A program made the translations under genes and the position numbers. The notes under the pieces are model-generated. The model was not told the DNA's origin. It did no database searches and saw only the letters and a program-made list of their open reading frames with translations. From a virus, in IMG/VR virus record IMGVR_UViG_3300043425_000676, positions 1 to 64,000 of that record: a DNA stretch of 64,000 bases; one strand, written 5' to 3'. Below are positions 46,059 through 55,199 of the stretch, in pieces (positions within the stretch are counted from its first letter, which is position 1; the number at the start of each line of letters is the position of its first letter).

Positions 46059-46487
46059 ATGTCTGAACAGTCCATCACACTGAAAACCGTCACGGCAACG
46101 CCGTTTAAGGATTGCAACTCGATGCTTACGCCTCGTCTGCAATTGGTTGTGCGGTACACGAAAGGCGGAACCAGCATTATGACGGGAGCCGAGTTTGTCC
46201 GAGGGTACGAGATCAGTATCCAGTACGACCGTCTTAGCGACGACGGATTTAGGCAGTTCTTGATTGATGGCAGAGGTAATCCGACCGAAACACTGGAGCA
46301 AGCCTCAAGATTCTCCGCCAAAGCGCTCGATAGGCTGGCAGGCGAGATCCGCAGCGGGAAGCATAACGCAACCATTGCGCACCTTTACGCACTGGCAAGA
46401 GCACGAAGACCAGAACACAACTGGCCGGAAGCAATCTTGCCGCTTGAACCCGAGAAGAAGCCCTGCACGGCTCTGATCGTCGTTTAA
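46059..46487 (+). CDS. Hypothetical protein
   Basis: SD CAGGAGA; 142 aa. Confidence 0.6.
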   Translation: MSEQSITLKTVTATPFKDCNSMLTPRLQLVVRYTKGGTSIMTGAEFVRGYEISIQYDRLSDDGFRQFLIDGRGNPTETLEQASRFSAKALDRLAGEIRSGKHNATIAHLYALARARRPEHNWPEAILPLEPEKKPCTALIVV

Positions 46488-46512
46488 CACGGTAACAACA
46501 GGAGACTTTGAC

Positions 46513-46753
46513 GATGAAAATTGCAATTTATTGGAGTCACGTGAGAAATCGCTGGTACGAACGCATTGACGGCGTTTCGACACCTTTGCGGCACTCAATC
46601 TACTTGCCAACCAATCCAACCTACAAGCAGGTTGAAGACGCTCTGATCGAGCTGGCAAGCTACTACGGGGAGGATTTGCAACCGGGAGATGTCGATATCG
46701 ACTTGTCCGACGATGCGTCGGCAACTTGGGAAAGGACGGTGGTTTGTGCTTAG
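46513..46753 (+). CDS. Hypothetical protein
   Basis: SD CAGGAGA before MKIAIYW. Confidence 0.55.
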
Positions 46754-46946
46754 TTCGAGCGATCTTGAAGGATGGAGAGCAGAAGTAACCAGCACACTCA
46801 AAGCGGCTGAGCATTACGCTGAAAAAGCGATGGACGCCAAAGAGTGGGATAACGTTGTCTTTATGCTTCGCCGAGCGCATGACAAAGCGCTAAGAATCCA
46901 AGACAGGTTGGAAATGTCGGCAAAAACTGCCAATGACACCAAATAG
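46746..46946 (+). CDS. Small helical protein
   Basis: GTG start overlapping the upstream gene end. Confidence 0.45.
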   Translation: MLSSSDLEGWRAEVTSTLKAAEHYAEKAMDAKEWDNVVFMLRRAHDKALRIQDRLEMSAKTANDTK

Positions 46947-46973
46947 TTTTTTTATTACAAGGAGGGAAAGACC

Positions 46974-47120
46974 ATGGCAAAATGGATGCTGCTGATTATC
47001 GTTGGCTTGTGCGGTTGTGCAGGTCAACGAACCAGGGTTACATTGACGCGGGTTCACGGTGAGCCTGCAATTAGTATTGAATTTGAAGACGCAAAGGAGA
47101 TTTGCAATGCGAATAGGTAG
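46974..47120 (+). CDS. Small putative lipoprotein (48 aa)
   Basis: SD AAGGAGG; MAKWMLLIIVGLCG-C lipobox-like signal. Confidence 0.55.
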   Translation: MAKWMLLIIVGLCGCAGQRTRVTLTRVHGEPAISIEFEDAKEICNANR

Positions 47121-47643
47121 CAGAGTCGCTATTACGCGAATGCGAGAAGATGGCACATGGGAGAGGTATACGGGTTGCAAGAAAAGACCCGAGGGAACCG
47201 TAATCGGTTTGGATATCGACGATTGCGACGGGCACATACGATATGATTTCGCCACAATCCGCTGGGACGACGGCAGGGTGGAAAGGATTAGGACAGAAGG
47301 CGAAGACGAGATCGGAACGTGGGAACTTGAAGATGTCACGCCGGAACTGTACGCCAACTTGTATCTTTGGGATAAAGCCTACGGAGGATCAGAGGAGGGT
47401 GGCTGGTGGTACGACGTTTACACGCCTGCTGATGGTGATTGGAACGATGAACCGCCAAAACACGGCTTGTTCGCTAATTCGACCGAAGCAGAAAACGCCG
47501 CCAAGGCATTGCGAGAATGGTGCGACAGCGAAAACCGCTCGCGTCGATCACCGAACTCCATGGCATCCGAAGGGCACTTCATTGTTAGGGTGGAAGCTTG
47601 GCCAGCAGAGCCTCACCCAACCCACAAGCCCCACTACTGCTAA
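47107..47643 (+). CDS. Hypothetical protein (YGGSEEGGWWY motif)
   Basis: SD AAGGAG; AYGGxEEGGWWY...P..KPHYC motif typical of phage early proteins. Confidence 0.65.
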   Translation: MRIGSRVAITRMREDGTWERYTGCKKRPEGTVIGLDIDDCDGHIRYDFATIRWDDGRVERIRTEGEDEIGTWELEDVTPELYANLYLWDKAYGGSEEGGWWYDVYTPADGDWNDEPPKHGLFANSTEAENAAKALREWCDSENRSRRSPNSMASEGHFIVRVEAWPAEPHPTHKPHYC

Positions 47644-47700
47644 TTCACGCTGACACGGTGTCGGCAATGTTTGTTGTTTGTTTTTACAGGAGATTTGATT

Positions 47701-47880
47701 GTGAAAGTTACGATTGAAAACGGCGAATTGGTTATCCGCATTCCCGTGGAAAACCCACCACGACTAAGCAGCAGCGGTAAAACGCTAATTGTGGCTACCA
47801 GCAGTGGCAATAAAGCAACGGCGGCGACGGTCGACGGCAAGCCCGTTATTGTCGGACTCAATGCCTACATCGCAAAGTAG
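47701..47880 (+). CDS. Small beta protein (SxSGKTLIVAT family), paralogue 2
   Basis: GTG start with SD CAGGAG; paralogue of 44754-44933. Confidence 0.75.
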   Translation: MKVTIENGELVIRIPVENPPRLSSSGKTLIVATSSGNKATAATVDGKPVIVGLNAYIAK

Positions 47881-47955
47881 GCACGGTAAAATGATCTCAA
47901 GCCGTGTGTCAATTGTGGCACGCGGCTTTTTTGGCATCAACACATTAGGGCGACC

Positions 47956-48411
47956 ATGGGAACCAAAACGAAAAACGTAATCTATGTCCGCTGGCTCATT
48001 CGCAAGGACATGCCCGCAATCAACGAGATAAACATTGAAGCGAGCTACCAACTGCTTGAAGAAGACATAACGAAGATGCTTCGCACGCGAAACGTAGCTG
48101 GCATGGTTGTCGAGCTGGACGGGGTTGTGGCTGGCTACATGATCTACGCACTGGAGAAGGGCTCGATTGACCTTTACCATCTTGTGGTTGATCCAGTGTT
48201 CCACGGGCAAGGCTTGGGCACTGCGCTCATTGAGAAGCTGAAAACCAAGCTAGGTACGCATCAAGGCAGAACAGCTATCTACACGACTGTCAGCGAATAC
48301 GACGTACAATCTCAGGTGTTCTTTCGTTCCGTCAAGTTCTTTTGCGTCGACACTATTCGCGGCTGGGACGAGAACGGGGACGGATACCTATTTGAGTTTT
48401 TGGACATTTAA
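47956..48411 (+). CDS. GNAT acetyltransferase (RimI-like)
   Basis: VRWLIRKDMPAI, VAGYMIY, VDPVFHGQGLGTALI acetyl-CoA motif. Confidence 0.85.
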   Translation: MGTKTKNVIYVRWLIRKDMPAINEINIEASYQLLEEDITKMLRTRNVAGMVVELDGVVAGYMIYALEKGSIDLYHLVVDPVFHGQGLGTALIEKLKTKLGTHQGRTAIYTTVSEYDVQSQVFFRSVKFFCVDTIRGWDENGDGYLFEFLDI

Positions 48412-48456
48412 CAGAGTTTCATTGGTGTTTTTCAATAATTACAGGAGAATCGCATT

Positions 48457-49062
48457 ATGGGTTGGGTAGTGGATTTTGGCTCTGGCGAACAGGAGATCGG
48501 CGGATACGATTTGAAGATACTTGCTGAGAAGGGAAAGATAAATCGCAAGACGAAAGTGTACTCAACGACGAAACAAAAGTGGTGCGAAGCTGGCGAGATC
48601 GCTGGCTTGGTATTCCATTCGGATAATGAATTTGATTTTGGCGTTCAGCCTGAATTTGAGGCTCCTCCGGTGATTGAGCCTCCGGTACGGTCATTGGATT
48701 GGATGAATACGCAAAAAACCGTCGTAACTAACAAGCCCCCAAAGCGACACAAACCTAGTCGCAATGTCGGCCTGTTCGACTTCGGTTTCCATCGCATGTT
48801 GACACCTGTTTTGTGCGGTTGGGCTTGGGGCGGGTGCTTAGTGTTTTTCACATTTGGTTCAATCGCTTTCGTCTTTAGCCGTTGGCGATCGATCGGCGGT
48901 GACGCTAGCTCGATTGAAAGGCAAACCGAGCAAATCAACATTGCGATCTTGGCGTTTTCTGGATGGGTAGTTAGTCTGGTTGCCGCTCGAATCACACTGG
49001 AGTGTATTGCAGTGCTTTTCAAGTGCGCTGCGTACCTGAGAGAGTTGTCTGAAAGAGACTAG
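48457..49062 (+). CDS. Membrane protein with GYF_2-like N-terminus and DUF4282-like TM domain
   Basis: LKILAEKGKI..KTKV...W.EAGEIAGL; LFDFGFHRMLTP, two TM helices, RITLE...VLFK. Confidence 0.6.
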   Translation: MGWVVDFGSGEQEIGGYDLKILAEKGKINRKTKVYSTTKQKWCEAGEIAGLVFHSDNEFDFGVQPEFEAPPVIEPPVRSLDWMNTQKTVVTNKPPKRHKPSRNVGLFDFGFHRMLTPVLCGWAWGGCLVFFTFGSIAFVFSRWRSIGGDASSIERQTEQINIAILAFSGWVVSLVAARITLECIAVLFKCAAYLRELSERD

Positions 49063-49073
49063 GGGACTTAGTA

Positions 49074-49529
49074 ATGTCTAAGGATAAAATTGGCTGGTTC
49101 GATTGCATCGAGATAGCTGCGGCGATGACTCCGTTCATTGCGGTGGGTTGTGCGATCTATACGATGGCATCCCTGGATCCGATACCCGAACCACCACCGA
49201 GGGAACTTCGCGAGTCAATTGACGAGGTTGAGCCACTCGGCGAGAGGTCGTCGGCATGGTCGAGAGTAAGAGCTGAGTTCGTCGCTGAGCACCCCGACTG
49301 CGAAGCCTGCGGGAGTCGCGAGAAGCTAAACGTGCATCATATTCAACCGTTCCATATCCATCCCGAACTGGAGTTGGAGCCAAGCAATCTGATCACGCTA
49401 TGCTTTGAGCACCACTTTAAGATCGGGCATGATCCTGACGGGCCTTGGCGACCTAAGAAGCCCAAGTGGACTGCTTGGAACCCTGCGGTGAGGCAGCACG
49501 CACAGCAGATGCGAGCAAAGGTGCGATAG
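49074..49529 (+). CDS. HNH endonuclease with N-terminal hydrophobic segment
   Basis: RSSAW..VR...CEACG...LNVHHIQPF...NLITLC..HH...GH. Confidence 0.8.
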   Translation: MSKDKIGWFDCIEIAAAMTPFIAVGCAIYTMASLDPIPEPPPRELRESIDEVEPLGERSSAWSRVRAEFVAEHPDCEACGSREKLNVHHIQPFHIHPELELEPSNLITLCFEHHFKIGHDPDGPWRPKKPKWTAWNPAVRQHAQQMRAKVR

Positions 49530-49727
49530 ATGAAACGGTTGATTTGTGGTATGGTGTCCCGCGCTTTGTTCCTTGTTGGATTTGTCGGCATCGGGTCGGG
49601 TTTGTTCCTGATCCTGCATGACCAACGCCTAATTAGGAACCAACCGAGACAAGTGTACTCGTGGCTACTGATAGTCGGCATTGCTTGCTTTGTCGCTGGT
49701 TCGGAAACCAAGGGTATGCAGGAGTAG
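49530..49727 (+). CDS. Small two-TM membrane protein
   Basis: Two hydrophobic segments. Confidence 0.5.
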   Translation: MKRLICGMVSRALFLVGFVGIGSGLFLILHDQRLIRNQPRQVYSWLLIVGIACFVAGSETKGMQE

Positions 49728-49797
49728 TTATTGGCAATGGAAGATCGCCAGCAGGTCTGCCGTTGCTTGTTTCAAGTTGCTGGAGGAGATTTGGACG

Positions 49798-51030
49798 ATG
49801 AGTGTGGAAGAACGATTTGAAAGGCTGATGGAAGTTGAGCACCTCGTAAACGCCTTGAGCGTTTGTGTGGCTAGGCTCAGGAGTGAAGCGCAAAAGCAAG
49901 TAGCGGCTATCCGAGAGTCGATTGCTGACGGAGAGCGACGAAAGGCGGCATCTACCTGGGACGGCAAGCAGCCCGACTTGTGGCTCAAGAACGGAAGGCT
50001 GTGGCGTAAGCCCACCGACGCAGATATCGGAAAGGCGGTGAGGGTTGGGCATTTTGGTGCCGATCCTGCCGACATGGACGCGGTAAAGCTTGTTGGCTTC
50101 CACCAGGAGGCTGGACAGCACGAAGGTTTTATTTGCGAGGGATCCAAAGGTCAGCGGGTGCTCTGGCCGCTCGCTTGGATCGAGTTTGAGCCTGATGAAG
50201 ATCCTGGTGAAAGCGGGAAAACGCACATCAGCGTACAGGTTGAAAGAAGCATTCAGGTCGACGAGGCTGGCTGGCTGGCTACTGTCTCTGATGATGTCTT
50301 CCAAGGGATCGCAAGTGCTTGGTTCGGCACTCAGGAAAAACCATTCGACCCGATCAATGATCCAGCCCCGATCTACCGCAAAGGTCAATGTAGGCTGATG
50401 TCAGAGGATGAGACCATCGAAGTTGGAGATTTCTTTTGGAGGAGCGTCGACCAATTGCAGAATCTTGCCAATTTCACCATCGGAATGAAGGTCAAGGATG
50501 CGGTGGCAAGAGGCAGAGGCTACAACGAATTGTGGGTATTCTATCGACCGATCGAAGCGACTAAAAGCGATAACTCCAAAGAAACTCCCAGAATTGTTGA
50601 TGCGTACAAGAAGCTTGTTCAGTCTGACAGCGACTTCGCTTGGACGGTGTTTTGCAATCTTGCAGTAATGGCTCAGGACGCTGGTGCTCGGCACAAGGAG
50701 TCTAACGAACGAGCTGCCGATCTTATGCGCAATTGGTTCGGTGTTGATGTTCGAAAGCTTTGGCAGTGGAGATTTTTTGAAACTCATGCCACGGACGAAC
50801 CAAAGCGTTTCGATTCATATTATCGCGAGGCAACATCTTTTGATATCGCCAAAGCGATGGATGGAAAAGAAGTCAAGGCTAGGTTTCGCGATTTCGATAC
50901 TCAGAATTGGATCGAAGGTCGCTGCCTCTACGGATGGAAGCGCAGGAATGATACCGGAAAATTCAAGTGGACAGACAGTGAGGGTGTAGCTTGGATGCAA
51001 TGCCAAGTGTATGATCCGCAAAAAGATTGA
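49798..51030 (+). CDS. Mosaic multi-domain hypothetical protein
   Basis: SD GGAGGAG; C-terminal domain paralogous to 33425-33952. Confidence 0.65.
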   Translation: MSVEERFERLMEVEHLVNALSVCVARLRSEAQKQVAAIRESIADGERRKAASTWDGKQPDLWLKNGRLWRKPTDADIGKAVRVGHFGADPADMDAVKLVGFHQEAGQHEGFICEGSKGQRVLWPLAWIEFEPDEDPGESGKTHISVQVERSIQVDEAGWLATVSDDVFQGIASAWFGTQEKPFDPINDPAPIYRKGQCRLMSEDETIEVGDFFWRSVDQLQNLANFTIGMKVKDAVARGRGYNELWVFYRPIEATKSDNSKETPRIVDAYKKLVQSDSDFAWTVFCNLAVMAQDAGARHKESNERAADLMRNWFGVDVRKLWQWRFFETHATDEPKRFDSYYREATSFDIAKAMDGKEVKARFRDFDTQNWIEGRCLYGWKRRNDTGKFKWTDSEGVAWMQCQVYDPQKD

Positions 51031-51057
51031 CTGCTGAGGTAAACTCCCGACCGCCGC

Positions 51058-51093
51058 AACCGCTGACACTTGTCCTGGTGCCAGCGGTTTTTT
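51058..51093 (+). terminator. Terminator at the convergent junction
   Basis: AACCGCTGACAC...GTGCCAGCGGTT-TTTT. Confidence 0.65.
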
Positions 51094-51096
51094 CGT

Positions 51097-51663
51097 TTAC
51101 TGAGCCCCAGCCTTTCGCTCGGCTGACTTCCGCATTTGCGCGAATCGAAGTAGATCAGCAGGCTGAACCCTCCACATTGATCGCTGGGCACCATCGGGTC
51201 GCACATCAATCGCCTCAAGCTCCCCGCTATCAATCCACGTTTGCACCGTCCTGCGGTTTACCCGCATCCTGGACGCAACCTCGTCAACCTTGAGCAATTC
51301 TTTACCCATATACTCTACAACCTCCTCTAGTTCGATCCTGCGTGGTGCTCTCGGGCTCGTAAGATCCAAGTATGCCTCCATGTCCCAGTCGGGCAACCGC
51401 TTTTCGGCGAGCAACGCCAATTGCCTTGCTTCTGGCCACACGGCAGCAGATCCAAGATGCTCGTGACAATTGCGGCAAACGACAAGCAGGCAGAACAGTT
51501 TATCGAGGCTTTTCTGTCGATGAACACCCCGAGATATTTCATGGACATCGAGGATGTAATCAGACCCGCAAACCTCGCACTTACCCACCGACTGGCGCAG
51601 GCTATCCCGAAGCGGCTTGCACTCAAGATAGCGTTTGCGCGTCTTATCGCTCATTCGTCTCAT
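51097..51663 (-). CDS. HNH-like domain fused to excisionase-type (MerR/HTH_17) HTH
   Basis: CEVCG...DVHEI...VCRNCH, then LLKVDEVASRMRVNRRTVQTWIDSGELEA. Confidence 0.7.
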   Translation of the reverse strand: MRRMSDKTRKRYLECKPLRDSLRQSVGKCEVCGSDYILDVHEISRGVHRQKSLDKLFCLLVVCRNCHEHLGSAAVWPEARQLALLAEKRLPDWDMEAYLDLTSPRAPRRIELEEVVEYMGKELLKVDEVASRMRVNRRTVQTWIDSGELEAIDVRPDGAQRSMWRVQPADLLRFAQMRKSAERKAGAQ

Positions 51664-51671
51664 GGCTTGCC

Positions 51672-51935
51672 TTAGAATGGAGCGTCGTCGTCAACCGACT
51701 TTTGGGAGTGGCTGGACGATTGATTCGAAGGCTTTCCGCCTCCACCCTGCTGCTTAGGGGTAAATGACATGCTCATGAACTTTCCTCGCTTGCCATCTTT
51801 GACCCAAGCCGAGATCCACATCGGCTTGCCATTGATCATGGCATCGCCCTTGTAGTCAGGATGCTTGTCGCTCTCCTTGCGATCGTTCTTGAACAACGTT
51901 CCATTGTTGTCTTTTTGTTGATAATCGTTCGACAC
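51672..51935 (-). CDS. Phage single-stranded DNA-binding protein
   Basis: NGTLFKNDRKE..HPDYKG...WISAW and acidic DDDAPF tail. Confidence 0.7.
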   Translation of the reverse strand: MSNDYQQKDNNGTLFKNDRKESDKHPDYKGDAMINGKPMWISAWVKDGKRGKFMSMSFTPKQQGGGGKPSNQSSSHSQKSVDDDAPF

Positions 51936-51937
51936 GC

Positions 51938-52519
51938 TTACTTCTCCATCGAGCTATTAGTCTTTACTTGGTGGCACTGCTCGCATAGCACTACCAAGCC
52001 GTCTGCTTCACAAAACAAACGCTGTACGAATCCTGGAATATCCTCGAATGATCTCAGCGAACCCGCAGGTACGATGTGATCGACTTCCACTTGCTTTCGC
52101 GGGAACCATCCCGAGCAAGCAGAGCACTGGTGTTCAAACTTGAGTCGCTTGTTATCGCTCTGGCTGGCTCTCTTGCAGGCGTTCAGAGCATGCCTACTGA
52201 TTGGAGCCCATTTGCGACTCGCCAGCCGCAGGTTCGACCGCAGGAACCCCCAGAACTGGGCTTCCGTCATTTCCCCGCCTGCTCTGGTTCGCGGCACTTT
52301 CGGGCTCTTTGGTTTTTTCTTCATCGTTTTTAGTATCCTTTCATTCCAGTCCATTATTGCCAGCTTCTTGTCGTATCGCATTCCCTCTGGGCACGATACG
52401 GCACCGCAACCCTGACACTCTACCTTCCAATCTCCAAGGTCGTCTCTTTGGAAGCACAGTTCAGCCTGTCCTCCGCAAAACGGACAGGGGAGTAAGGATG
52501 CTTCTTTTTCTGAATCCAT
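51938..52519 (-). CDS. Lar-like restriction-alleviation Zn domain fused to HNH nuclease
   Basis: LLPCPFCGG...VECQGCG...WNER, then CSAC...VEVDHIVP...LCEQCHQVKT. Confidence 0.75.
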   Translation of the reverse strand: MDSEKEASLLPCPFCGGQAELCFQRDDLGDWKVECQGCGAVSCPEGMRYDKKLAIMDWNERILKTMKKKPKSPKVPRTRAGGEMTEAQFWGFLRSNLRLASRKWAPISRHALNACKRASQSDNKRLKFEHQCSACSGWFPRKQVEVDHIVPAGSLRSFEDIPGFVQRLFCEADGLVVLCEQCHQVKTNSSMEK

Positions 52520-52522
52520 ATT

Positions 52523-53392
52523 TTACAACAACTCCACCAAATCCAGCCATAGACCACCTGCGGCTAGCAACTCTCGCATATCCTTGTAAGGCTTTGGAAT
52601 GAGCACCCAAGAGACACCCAGTTCCGCAGCGACCTTCTTTGCGCCAAACAACCCAGGCCAGCAGTACGAGCAACCGCGACAGTTGGATGTGCAGCTTGCT
52701 ACTCGCCCTCGCCTCTCTGGCACTTCGTCTCGCTCGCCGACTACAATCACCTTCTTGTCGGGACAGCACGCCTTTATCATTCGTTTGATGTGCTCCCCGC
52801 CATGTGTGTTTGTTCCTCTCCCGATAGCCGCCAAGCCTGCCGATTCGCACGCGGCAACGTCAGAGCCTCCCTCGACTATCCAAAGCGGCCCGCGACGGCT
52901 AAACCACTCTGGCGAGTAAAACAAGCCGACAGATCCCCCCTCGTTGGTTCTTTTGGATTTGTCAGCGTATCTCCTAACGTACCCAATGCACCTCCCGTTG
53001 TGATCGCGACTAGGCCAACTCGAAAACTCGGCACCGTTCCATTCGTCCTTGCCGACTCCGACGCGAAGCGATTCAAGCGACTCGACACTGACCGACAACA
53101 GTTCGGCAACTTCGCAACGCTTGTCGTGCGCTTTGTCGTCCTCAAACATTGCTCGGCACTCCTTTGTCCAGTCGGGCTTTTTCTCGACTGCCTTGATCAA
53201 TGTCACTGGTGGAAGCGGGTTGGACAGTACGTGGAGCCATCCCATAATGCCGTCTTTGCTAGAGCTGGTCTTTTCTGACTCTACCCTCATGCACCTGACA
53301 GCCTTTCCGTCAATTGTCCTGGTGCAGTAATCGGGCTTGCCACAGACTGGGCAAGGCTCTCGCTTTGACACTCGCTTCCATTCGCTAGCCAT
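52523..53392 (-). CDS. DNA primase (Zn finger plus TOPRIM)
   Basis: PCPVCGKPDYC, IVEGGSDVAA, GERD, KDMRE. Confidence 0.8.
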   Translation of the reverse strand: MASEWKRVSKREPCPVCGKPDYCTRTIDGKAVRCMRVESEKTSSSKDGIMGWLHVLSNPLPPVTLIKAVEKKPDWTKECRAMFEDDKAHDKRCEVAELLSVSVESLESLRVGVGKDEWNGAEFSSWPSRDHNGRCIGYVRRYADKSKRTNEGGSVGLFYSPEWFSRRGPLWIVEGGSDVAACESAGLAAIGRGTNTHGGEHIKRMIKACCPDKKVIVVGERDEVPERRGRVASCTSNCRGCSYCWPGLFGAKKVAAELGVSWVLIPKPYKDMRELLAAGGLWLDLVELL

Positions 53393-53394
53393 GG

Positions 53395-53607
53395 CTATCG
53401 CTTTCTTTTCTGCCTTCGAGTTTCCGCTGCGTCCATTGCTTGGTTGCGGAAATGCTCCCGCTTTCGCTCGCAGTTGTCGATGTGTACGGTTTCCCCGCCA
53501 ACATCGTAATAACGCCCCTCGATCTTATGTAGCCAAACGTCGGCATGGCAGAACTTGCATGTTCTGGTTTCTCCGTTGGCTTTCAATGCGCTGAAATGGG
53601 GATCCAT
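53395..53607 (-). CDS. Small Zn-binding hypothetical protein
   Basis: CKFCH...HIDNC. Confidence 0.55.
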   Translation of the reverse strand: MDPHFSALKANGETRTCKFCHADVWLHKIEGRYYDVGGETVHIDNCERKREHFRNQAMDAAETRRQKRKR

Positions 53608-53610
53608 AGT

Positions 53611-55182
53611 TTAGCTCGTTCTGTAAGGGTTTCTGCTTGTGGAATTGTCACCAACTGTAAAACCGTAGGTCGCTCGAACCTTTACTTTTTGGTCTGGGTG
53701 CTCTCTGGGTATCGGCTTAAAAACCCAATCGCCCACTTCAAATGTAGCAGGGACTCTAAACGTTAGCCCGTGCTTTCCAGCTTCGATGTACGCAAGCCTT
53801 AATGCTTGCCTGAAGTTTTGGTTGCTACTTCCAGCCATGCGAAGGGCTTGGATCATAATCTCCTTGCATGTCGGCTTTTTCGTTTTGGGTTGAGCACTTC
53901 GACTCACCTCCCGCATCTCTCCGTCAACAAATTCCAATCCCTGAGCCTTGATCTCCCTTGGAGTCGGCTCATACCCGCAATGCTTGCACTTGCCCCCACG
54001 GTAGATCGCTCCGCAGCTTGGGCACTCGACGGTAGCCCTGGCTTCGTGTGTCTTGGCTGGACGGTCGCCCCATTCCAACGTCCAGTCGATGTCATCCTCG
54101 AAGAATCCGTGCTTGCGAATGTTGTCGGCATGATCGAGCACAATGCAGTCGGACACTTCGGGGTGAACTCGGGATCCTCTACCGACCATTTGCCTGTACC
54201 TGACGACGCTGCCGATCGCGGTGCAGAGCTGAACGCACCCAACCCTCGGGATATCCGTCCCTCGCTCGATCACACCTACATTGCAGATATACTGGATGTA
54301 ACCCTTGTTTAAGTGCGAAAATAGCCGTTGTCGTTCTTCGTCCTCGGTTTCCCCGTCCACGTAGTAAGCATCAACGCCGTTTTGCCGCAGCAACTCCATT
54401 GCCTCTTGTGCCTGCGATCGCCTTGGGAAGAACCCGACCGTAGATCTGCCCTCAGCTAGCCTCTTCCAATCCCGCACCAAATCTCCTGCGAGCCCCTCCA
54501 TAGCCTTCGCAACGCTGTCCTCGGTATACTCGTCGCCTTTCTTTACGAGTACGTCTAGCTTGCCTTTGGTGGCTTGGAAGTACCGAAAGGAGGACAGAAA
54601 CCCGTTGTCGATGAGCCAGGACGGGGAAGGCCCATTGACGATCTTTGAGAATATCTTGTTCAGCTCTTTGTGTTGCGGTGTAGCAGACAGACCTAGCACG
54701 AACGGCTCAGCCAGCCCTAGTTCTTGCCGCTTCGCGTTGTGCGCCAATAGGAACGACCTAAACTTCTGCACTTGCGCATGAATCTCATCGAACACCAGGA
54801 AGTCGTAGGTGTGATCGGTGGCGTACTTTTCCTTGTCAACGTACCAACTTAGCTTCGTGTCGATTGAGGCGACTTGCAATTGCCTACCAGGGGAGGTATC
54901 GCACCCCGACATGATCACTCCATGCTGCAATACAGGATGCTCATTGAATGAATCGCTGGCGTTTTGCACAAGCCCACGGCGGTGAACCATGAATGCGGCT
55001 CGACCAGACTCGTTCTCTCGCTTCGGTCGATTTAGATATGCGCCAAGGATGTGCTTGGCAGTGATCGTCTTCCCCGCACCAGGGGGCATGCAAGCGATTA
55101 CGCTCTTGTGCGTTGCAAGTTCTTTTCGCAGCTCGGCAACGAGCGTTTCTTGGTATGGTCGCAATGTTGGGATCTCGATCAT
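53611..55182 (-). CDS. Superfamily 2 (DExH) helicase with C-terminal Zn ribbon
   Basis: LRPYQ, PPGAGKT, FDEIH, GLSATP, GTDIP, QMVGRGSR, CPSC...CKHCG. Confidence 0.92.
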   Translation of the reverse strand: MIEIPTLRPYQETLVAELRKELATHKSVIACMPPGAGKTITAKHILGAYLNRPKRENESGRAAFMVHRRGLVQNASDSFNEHPVLQHGVIMSGCDTSPGRQLQVASIDTKLSWYVDKEKYATDHTYDFLVFDEIHAQVQKFRSFLLAHNAKRQELGLAEPFVLGLSATPQHKELNKIFSKIVNGPSPSWLIDNGFLSSFRYFQATKGKLDVLVKKGDEYTEDSVAKAMEGLAGDLVRDWKRLAEGRSTVGFFPRRSQAQEAMELLRQNGVDAYYVDGETEDEERQRLFSHLNKGYIQYICNVGVIERGTDIPRVGCVQLCTAIGSVVRYRQMVGRGSRVHPEVSDCIVLDHADNIRKHGFFEDDIDWTLEWGDRPAKTHEARATVECPSCGAIYRGGKCKHCGYEPTPREIKAQGLEFVDGEMREVSRSAQPKTKKPTCKEIMIQALRMAGSSNQNFRQALRLAYIEAGKHGLTFRVPATFEVGDWVFKPIPREHPDQKVKVRATYGFTVGDNSTSRNPYRTS

Positions 55183-55199
55183 TGTTTAACCTTCACTTG

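Noticed and set aside
51097-51663. Excisionase implying an integrating prophage
   Set aside because: No tyrosine or large serine integrase, repressor or att-flanked host DNA in the window; this HTH type is widespread as a general DNA-binding module.
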